64,000 nt of DNA from Elusimicrobiota bacterium (GTDB lineage: Bacteria > Elusimicrobiota > Endomicrobiia > Endomicrobiales > JBDRNC01). Made by a program: the position numbers and the translations under genes. Where the stretch lies: the NCBI GenBank assembly GCA_043811535.1, contig JBDRNC010000008.1:68656-132655 (forward strand). Reading direction: 5' to 3'. Shown here piece after piece: positions 58,156-64,000 of this stretch; positions within the stretch are counted from its first letter, which is position 1; each line of letters opens with the position of its first letter. The notes below the pieces were generated by a model, which saw only the letters and a list, made by a program, of their open reading frames with translations, did no database searches and had not been told where the DNA came from.

Positions 58156-59772
58156 ATGATTAAAATCATCCAGGATTACAAATGGTTCATCTATCTTTTT
58201 CTGCTGTCGCTTGTTTTTGCGTTAAGCGTCTTTCCTATAGTTGACCCGGACGTATGGTGGCACCTGAAGACCGGGGAATACATCTGGCAGCAGAAAGCCA
58301 TCCCTTCCACCGCGGTTTTTTCGTACGTTATCGAAGGGAAACCGTGGCTGACGTTTCAATGGCTGTCGCAGCTTTTATTCATAGGTGCGTATTCCATATC
58401 GGGCTTCGCATCGCTTATTTTTTTCAAAGCGTTTATAGTCTCGCTTATATTTATTTTCATGCTGGCGTCCCTTGATGAAGAAGCAAATCCCGTTATCGCG
58501 TGGGTATTATTCGCGCTCGGATTTATCGCGATGCGCGATTACCTCAGAGAAAGGCCGCAGCTGTTCACCTTCCTGTTCAGCGCGGTTTACCTGTTCATCC
58601 TCAGAAAGAATAAGCTGAGGCTGATGTATTTCATTCCGGTTTTGCAGGCGCTCTGGGCGAACATGCACGGGCCCTTATCCCTCATAGGCTTCGGCTTGAT
58701 CTGCATATATTCGGTTTTCTCAAAAGACATTCCGCGCAAACTGAAAATTTACCTTCCTCTGGCGTCTTTCGCCGCGATGTTCGCCAATCCCCACACCTAC
58801 CATATATTCACGTATTTCGTCAGCTTTTTCGCGAATGGCTTGAATAAAATCGTGCTGGAGTACGCTTCTCCTCAGATTTCATTGTGGTTTGCCTTATATT
58901 TCTGCCTGCTCGCGCTTGTGATAATTTCATTTCTACCGGGTTTTAAAAAAAACAGGGACGCGGCTGACATTGCAATTGCCGCCATAGGCGCGGCCGCTTC
59001 GCTGACGGCAAACAGGAATATACCTGTCTTTCTCATTCTAGCGCTGCCGGCGGCGGCGTCAAGGCTGTCTTCTTTTATCAGGTCCCGCCCCACCGCAACT
59101 CATGACAAGCCCGAATTCGCGTCCGCCCTCAGGAAGATAGGGCTGGCCGCCTGCATCGGGCTCGCCCTTTCCGCCGGTTTTTGGACAACAGCGAAGAAAC
59201 TGGACTTGCGCAAAATGTACGGCACAGGCATCGGGGACAATCATCCGGGCAGATATGCCGTTGATTTTCTGGCCTGGTGCGGCAAGAAAGGGCTCAAGCC
59301 GGTCATTTTCAACGATTACGCGTACGGCGGATATCTTATATGGAAACTGTTCCCCGAAAACAAAGTATTTGTGGACGGGGGCAATGTTGAATACGGAATT
59401 GAATTCCTGGATAAGACAATGAATTATCATAAACCCGAAATATGGAATGAATTTGAAAAGAAGTATCATTTCACGGCCGCGATCCTGGAACAATTGGATT
59501 TTTATAACGCGGTTTACCTGGACGTGAGGAAAGACTGGGTGCTGGTTTACTGGGATGACTACGCTCTGATATATTTCAAGGACATTCCGGAAAACAGCTG
59601 GTTCATAAAGAAATTCGGCTATAAAATACTGAAACCGAATAATCCTTCGCAGAAATACCTTGCGGAATACCCGAAACAGCAGGTGCTTGACGAAATATAC
59701 CGCTCAATGCATTATGCCCCTCAGTCCAACGGCGCGAGATTAATACTGCAGGCCGTCGAGGAGCACATGTGA
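58156..59772 (+). CDS. Polytopic membrane protein, GT-C-like
   Basis: DPDVWWHLKTG, WLSQ, ERPQLF, WANMHG, FNDYAYGGYLIW, FVDG. Confidence 0.75.
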   Translation: MIKIIQDYKWFIYLFLLSLVFALSVFPIVDPDVWWHLKTGEYIWQQKAIPSTAVFSYVIEGKPWLTFQWLSQLLFIGAYSISGFASLIFFKAFIVSLIFIFMLASLDEEANPVIAWVLFALGFIAMRDYLRERPQLFTFLFSAVYLFILRKNKLRLMYFIPVLQALWANMHGPLSLIGFGLICIYSVFSKDIPRKLKIYLPLASFAAMFANPHTYHIFTYFVSFFANGLNKIVLEYASPQISLWFALYFCLLALVIISFLPGFKKNRDAADIAIAAIGAAASLTANRNIPVFLILALPAAASRLSSFIRSRPTATHDKPEFASALRKIGLAACIGLALSAGFWTTAKKLDLRKMYGTGIGDNHPGRYAVDFLAWCGKKGLKPVIFNDYAYGGYLIWKLFPENKVFVDGGNVEYGIEFLDKTMNYHKPEIWNEFEKKYHFTAAILEQLDFYNAVYLDVRKDWVLVYWDDYALIYFKDIPENSWFIKKFGYKILKPNNPSQKYLAEYPKQQVLDEIYRSMHYAPQSNGARLILQAVEEHM

Positions 59773-60788
59773 AGCCGGTTTTTCTTCTGCTTTTGCCGGC
59801 TGCCCTAATATGCTCTTCCGCAAGTTTTAGCGTTATCCCGGCGGGGACTATGAAAATCAAAACATCCGGAGATGCCGTCAATATTTTCGAACCTGAGTTG
59901 CGCGAACTCAAGCAGAACCTCCTGAAAACCGTTAAAGCCCTTTCTCATGACATCGGCGAGCGGAACGTCTATGACAATCCGAAACTGGAAGCGGCCCGAA
60001 AATACATCGCGGGCGAATTCAGGCGCTGCGGATATACGCCCGCGGAGCAGACGTACCGCCTCAACACCGAATTCACGCACATCAACATGATAGACTGCGC
60101 CAACATCGCAGCCGAGCTGAAAGGCTCGCGCAAACCGGAAGAAATAATAATCATCGGGGCTCACTACGATACCCTGTACGGCACGCCCGGAGCCGACGAC
60201 AACGCGAGCGGCGTGGCGGGATTGCTTGAACTCGCGCGCCTTGCGTCAAAAGCCGGGCCTTATTCAAAAACCGTCAGGTTCGTCGCCTTCGCCAACGAAG
60301 AGCCGCCTTTCTTCAAGACGCCGAACATGGGAAGCACAGTCTACGCGAAACAGTTAAAAAAGGACAAGGCAAACGTCAAGGCAATGATCTGCCTTGAGAT
60401 GATAGGTTATTACTCCGGCGCGGAAAAAAGCCAGAGATATCCCTTGCCGGTGCTGAAATTATTCTACCCGTCAAAAGCCGATTTTGTCAGCATCGTCGGC
60501 AACTTCTCGTCATTCGGTTTGGTCTCAAAAACCAGGTCGGCGTTCAGGAAACACTCTAAATTCCGGGTGGAATCCATAACGATGTTCACGTATGTCCCGG
60601 GAATCGATTTCTCGGACCAGTATTCGTTCTGGAAAGAAGGATACAAGGCCGTCATGGTCAGCGACACTGCGTTCTACCGCAATCCCAACTACCACGGCGC
60701 GTCCGACACATACGACACGCTTGACTATCAAAAAATGGCGGAAACGGTAAAAGGATTGCACTATGTCATCTATGAACTCGCTCAGTGA
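59769..60788 (+). CDS. M28 family peptidase
   Basis: IGAHYDT, GADDNASG, FANEE, LEMIG, SDQ, YH..SDT. Confidence 0.92.
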   Translation: MKPVFLLLLPAALICSSASFSVIPAGTMKIKTSGDAVNIFEPELRELKQNLLKTVKALSHDIGERNVYDNPKLEAARKYIAGEFRRCGYTPAEQTYRLNTEFTHINMIDCANIAAELKGSRKPEEIIIIGAHYDTLYGTPGADDNASGVAGLLELARLASKAGPYSKTVRFVAFANEEPPFFKTPNMGSTVYAKQLKKDKANVKAMICLEMIGYYSGAEKSQRYPLPVLKLFYPSKADFVSIVGNFSSFGLVSKTRSAFRKHSKFRVESITMFTYVPGIDFSDQYSFWKEGYKAVMVSDTAFYRNPNYHGASDTYDTLDYQKMAETVKGLHYVIYELAQ

Positions 60789-60976
60789 GATTGTTATAAT
60801 ATCCAATAATATCTGTGTAATCTGCTTACAAAATCTGTGTAATCAAGACCGTTGAGGACTTTTTCAACGGTCTAAAAAATGATATAATTAGTTCTCCTTT
60901 CCGCCTTATTGCACTTCCGAGGTGGCCGAATGGACTCCTCGGAAGTGAAGGCGGTGGGAAGGGGAAAAATTATCAT

Positions 60977-61066
60977 CCCCATCCCGGCCTTCCCCTGTCA
61001 AAGGGGAAGGTGAATGTAAAAAGACTTATAGCCCATCCCGGCCTTCCCCTGTCAAAGGGGAAGGTG
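60977..61066 (+). repeat. Two tandem CCCATCCCGGCCTTCCCCTGTCAAAGGGGAAGGTG units
   Basis: 35-nt identical direct repeat; same family as 7801-7875 and 32712-32747. Confidence 0.85.
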
Positions 61067-61084
61067 TAGGTTAACAGCTTATTA

Positions 61085-61924
61085 ATGAACACATACACAA
61101 TAACGCCCAGCTGGCTGGTAAAGAACAAGAACGAGCTTTTAAAAGGCGTAAAAAACCTTGAAAAGCTGGGTTTCCGCATCGTCAACAAGAAACCGCTTTT
61201 TGCCCTGCCGTCGCCCGAAGAGAAAGCCGCGCAGATACATAAGGCGTTTGCCGATAAAAAAATCGGGCTCATAATCGCCAGGCGCGGCGGTTACAGTTCC
61301 ATAAAAGCCCTGCCATACATAGATTTCAATCTTATCAAACGCAACCCGAAACTCTTTGCCGGTTTCAGCGACCTTTCAACGCTCCTGAATGCCATACACG
61401 AGAGAACGGGGATTGTCACTCTGCACTCGCCGATGGTCGTTAATTTCGAAAAAGCTTCTCGTTTCACGGTGCGTTCATTCATGAACGCAGTCAACGGATT
61501 CCCGGAAAAGAATTTGTTCAAAGGCACGAAAGTCAGCGTTTACAGGCGCGGAACGGCAACCGGAACGCTTGTCGGAGGAAACCTTGTCACGCTCACTTCG
61601 CTTATCGGGACAAAGTGGGAGATCTATACGGCCGGGCACGTCATCTTTCTTGAAGATGTGGACGAGAAACTGCACCAAATTGACCGCTATCTGACCCAAT
61701 GGGCGCTGAAAGGCAAATTCAACGGCATAAAAGGGCTGGTACTCGGCGATTTCAGGGGGATAAAGAACAAAGAGGTGTGGAAGATACTTTCTAACCAGAT
61801 AAAGGTCAATTTCCCGGTCGTGTATTGCCCGAATATAGGCCACGTGAAGGACAAGCTGACATTGCCGATCGGCGCAAAAGTCAAGCTGGACACACGCGGG
61901 AAACAATTAACAATTAGCAATTAG
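61085..61924 (+). CDS. LD-carboxypeptidase (S66 family)
   Basis: RGGYS, GFSD (catalytic Ser), GGNL, FLED, IGH, LPIG. Confidence 0.92.
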   Translation: MNTYTITPSWLVKNKNELLKGVKNLEKLGFRIVNKKPLFALPSPEEKAAQIHKAFADKKIGLIIARRGGYSSIKALPYIDFNLIKRNPKLFAGFSDLSTLLNAIHERTGIVTLHSPMVVNFEKASRFTVRSFMNAVNGFPEKNLFKGTKVSVYRRGTATGTLVGGNLVTLTSLIGTKWEIYTAGHVIFLEDVDEKLHQIDRYLTQWALKGKFNGIKGLVLGDFRGIKNKEVWKILSNQIKVNFPVVYCPNIGHVKDKLTLPIGAKVKLDTRGKQLTISN

Positions 61925-62071
61925 CTATTAGCAATTAGCAATTAACAACTTGCAATTAACATTTTATCCCGATAAATCGGGACTCCATTAATTGTTTTCT
62001 GGAAGTCGTCTGCGTAATCTTCTTTGGAATCTGTGTAATCGTAGTTCTTAATCCGTGTAATCGTCTTTCTT

Positions 62072-62653
62072 ATGAATATCATTTGGTTGCTGCTCATCTG
62101 CGTAAGCATCATCTTCTCCGTAATAAACGGCCGGCTTGACGATTTCACAAAGGCCATGTTCGACGCGAGCAAGGCCGCCGTGGAAGTGTGCATCTATCTT
62201 CTGGGCATTGTCGCGCTTTGGCTCGGCCTCACAAAGATACTTGAAGATTCCGGGCTCATCCACCACCTTTCCAGGGCATTCAAACCCGTCATATCGCGGC
62301 TTTTCAAAAACATTCCCGGCGACCATCCTTCGATAACATCCATAACGCTGAACCTGCTCGCCAATATTTTCGGGCTCGGCAACGCCGCCACGCCGCTCGG
62401 AATAAGGGCCATGAAAGACCTGCAGACGCTCAACAAGGAGCCGGATACCATCACGTTCGATATGATGCTCTTCATAGTCATAAACACCTCGAGCATACAA
62501 TTGATCCCGTTCACGGTTATAGGCCTGCTGTCGGACTACGGCTCGGTAAACCCGACCGCGGTGGTCCTGCCGACAATAGTCGCCACGGCAATATCAACAG
62601 TCGTCGCGGTCTCGGTATTATTTCTGTTCAGGAAGATAAAACGATGGAACTGA
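62072..62653 (+). CDS. SpmA-like nucleoside recognition (Gate) membrane protein
   Basis: LWLGL, ANIFGLGNAATPLGIRAM, INTSSIQLIP. Confidence 0.9.
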   Translation: MNIIWLLLICVSIIFSVINGRLDDFTKAMFDASKAAVEVCIYLLGIVALWLGLTKILEDSGLIHHLSRAFKPVISRLFKNIPGDHPSITSITLNLLANIFGLGNAATPLGIRAMKDLQTLNKEPDTITFDMMLFIVINTSSIQLIPFTVIGLLSDYGSVNPTAVVLPTIVATAISTVVAVSVLFLFRKIKRWN

Positions 62654-63171
62654 TAAACATTATATCGCAGTTAATCATCCCTGTTTTCATACTGCTGGCC
62701 GTAATTTACGGTTTCGCGAAGAAAGTCCGCGTTTACAATTCTTTCGTTTCGGGCGCGAAAGAGGGAATAGAGATAATCATAAGGATATTCCCTTATGTTT
62801 TGGCGATCTTTCTCGCGGTAAAAACATTCCAGGCGTCCGGCGCCTATGACATGATGAAAGCCGCCTTCTCCGGCGTTTCCGGAATGTTCGGCATACCGCC
62901 GGAAGTTTTTTCGGTCGCCATCATCAAGCCGCTGTCCGGCAGCGCGTCGCTGGGGATTTTCGCCGATATAGTAAAAATGACGGGGCCGGATTCGCTCGCC
63001 TCGAGGATCTCGGCCGTGATAATAGGCAGCGCCGAAACGACCTTCTACGTATTGGCGGTTTACCTCGGGGCGGTGGGCATCAAGAAAACAAAATATCTCA
63101 TCCCCGTCTGCATAACAGCCGACGTAATCGGGATAATCGTCGCTGTTGTAGTTGTAAAAATTATATTTTAG
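62644..63171 (+). CDS. SpmB-like membrane protein
   Basis: FVSGAKEG, KPLSGS, GPDS, GSAETTFYVLAVY. Confidence 0.9.
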   Translation: MELINIISQLIIPVFILLAVIYGFAKKVRVYNSFVSGAKEGIEIIIRIFPYVLAIFLAVKTFQASGAYDMMKAAFSGVSGMFGIPPEVFSVAIIKPLSGSASLGIFADIVKMTGPDSLASRISAVIIGSAETTFYVLAVYLGAVGIKKTKYLIPVCITADVIGIIVAVVVVKIIF

Positions 63172-63262
63172 TTTACGGATAATTACAAATTACAGATTAC
63201 AGATTAACGACTTTTTGCTTTTAATTTGTAATGTGTAATTTGTAATTCAATAATAATTAAAT

Positions 63263-64000
63263 ATGTGCAGATTATTAGGTATCAAGAATTTTAACTACGA
63301 CTCTCACAAGGATTTGCTTGAGGCCTTCTTCGCTCTTGCTGAGACCGGCAATGTTTTGCCGGGCAGCCCCGCGGGGCATCATGACGGATGGGGAATTGGC
63401 TGGTACGGGAACGGAACGGCCAAAACGGAAAAAAGCGGCGGCCCGGCTTCAAAGGAAAAAGAAAGGATTTTCGGGATATTGAAAGGCATAGGGAATTCGC
63501 AGACACTGATCGCCCACCTGCGCAAATCCGCGTGGGAAGGCACTTCCACCGCGGAACACGCGCACCCGTTTACCTTCAAAAACGCGATTTTTGCCCACAA
63601 CGGCACCCTTCTAAGCTACAAGGAACTGATTCCGGAAATAAAAGCCGAAAACCTGCCGCAGCCGGAAGCGCTTGACACGGAATACCTGTTCAGGTTCATC
63701 GCGCAGGGTATCGGGCGCGGAACGGAAAAAGCGCTGAGACTGGCCGTTAAACGGACCGAAAATATGGAATTCACGTCGCTTAATTCCCTGCTTTCGGACG
63801 GCAAATCCCTTATTGCCTACAGGAGTTACAGGATATATCCGGATTACTACACGCTGTACAAGGCGGAACTTCCCGGTTCTGCCGTGGTCTGTTCGGAGGA
63901 AATCCTTATATACGGCCTCGAACCGGAGGACATCCCCGAAAGGGGATTTGAATACGCGGCCTCCCGCGTGATAAAGTGGTCCCCTTTAAGCAACGGGGAA
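63263..64000 (+). CDS. Class II glutamine amidotransferase (YafJ/EgtC-like), partial at the window end
   Basis: Manual translation: MCRLLG (Ntn Cys), HDGWGIGWY, IAHLRK, HPF, FAHNGT, DTE. Not in the ORF track because it has no stop in the window. Confidence 0.88.
   Translation, partial: MCRLLGIKNFNYDSHKDLLEAFFALAETGNVLPGSPAGHHDGWGIGWYGNGTAKTEKSGGPASKEKERIFGILKGIGNSQTLIAHLRKSAWEGTSTAEHAHPFTFKNAIFAHNGTLLSYKELIPEIKAENLPQPEALDTEYLFRFIAQGIGRGTEKALRLAVKRTENMEFTSLNSLLSDGKSLIAYRSYRIYPDYYTLYKAELPGSAVVCSEEILIYGLEPEDIPERGFEYAASRVIKWSPLSNGE

Noticed and set aside
60977..61066. Two identical 35-nt palindromic repeats as a mini CRISPR array
   Set aside because: Only two units about 20 nt apart, dispersed copies elsewhere in the window, and no cas genes.
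62072..63171. Sporulation capacity, suggested by spmA/spmB
   Set aside because: These homologues are widespread in non-sporulating diderm bacteria, and the window encodes LPS and outer-membrane proteins.
1..64000. tRNA, rRNA, transposase or integrase genes
   Set aside because: None recognised by eye; a tRNAscan/Rfam/HMM run would be needed to exclude them formally.

Overview
Bacterial chromosomal window of moderate GC content from a diderm cell. The gene content (PorV-like barrel with a CTD-type cargo, Tad locus, split GcvPA/PB) suggests Elusimicrobiota or a similar little-studied lineage; this is inference only. The left half holds a LolA-like/ABC exporter operon, DUF1846, a SAM methyltransferase, a cobamide salvage and uptake operon (cobO-cobU-cobT-cobS-btuF-PP-loop ATPase-btuCD-btuB) with two cobalamin riboswitches, an LPS/lipid A modification cluster, larE, a basic amino acid decarboxylase, a frameshifted outer-membrane barrel, dksA-like and mscS. 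The right half holds a Tad/Flp pilus locus (including a 57-aa Flp pilin missing from the ORF track and a CpaE-CpaF fusion), a c-di-GMP-I riboswitch-controlled surface-protein operon, the glycine cleavage system, a DUF5674 gene pair, an ArfB-like factor, nadE, a Cys-less purF homologue, peptidases and spmAB. The most unusual feature is a dense population of small non-coding repeat elements: 7-mer and 9-mer arrays arranged as mirrored hairpins, 27-48 nt hairpin cassettes, and TIR-bounded mini-elements. They fill most spacers and also sit in-frame in prepilin leaders and cobU, supply the 3' ends of genes, and occupy variable stems of two unrelated riboswitches, where both inserts are closed by the same TAACGACAG/CTGTCGTTA stem. 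No rRNA, tRNA, CRISPR array, transposase or reverse transcriptase was recognised. All calls come from manual motif reading, not database searches.
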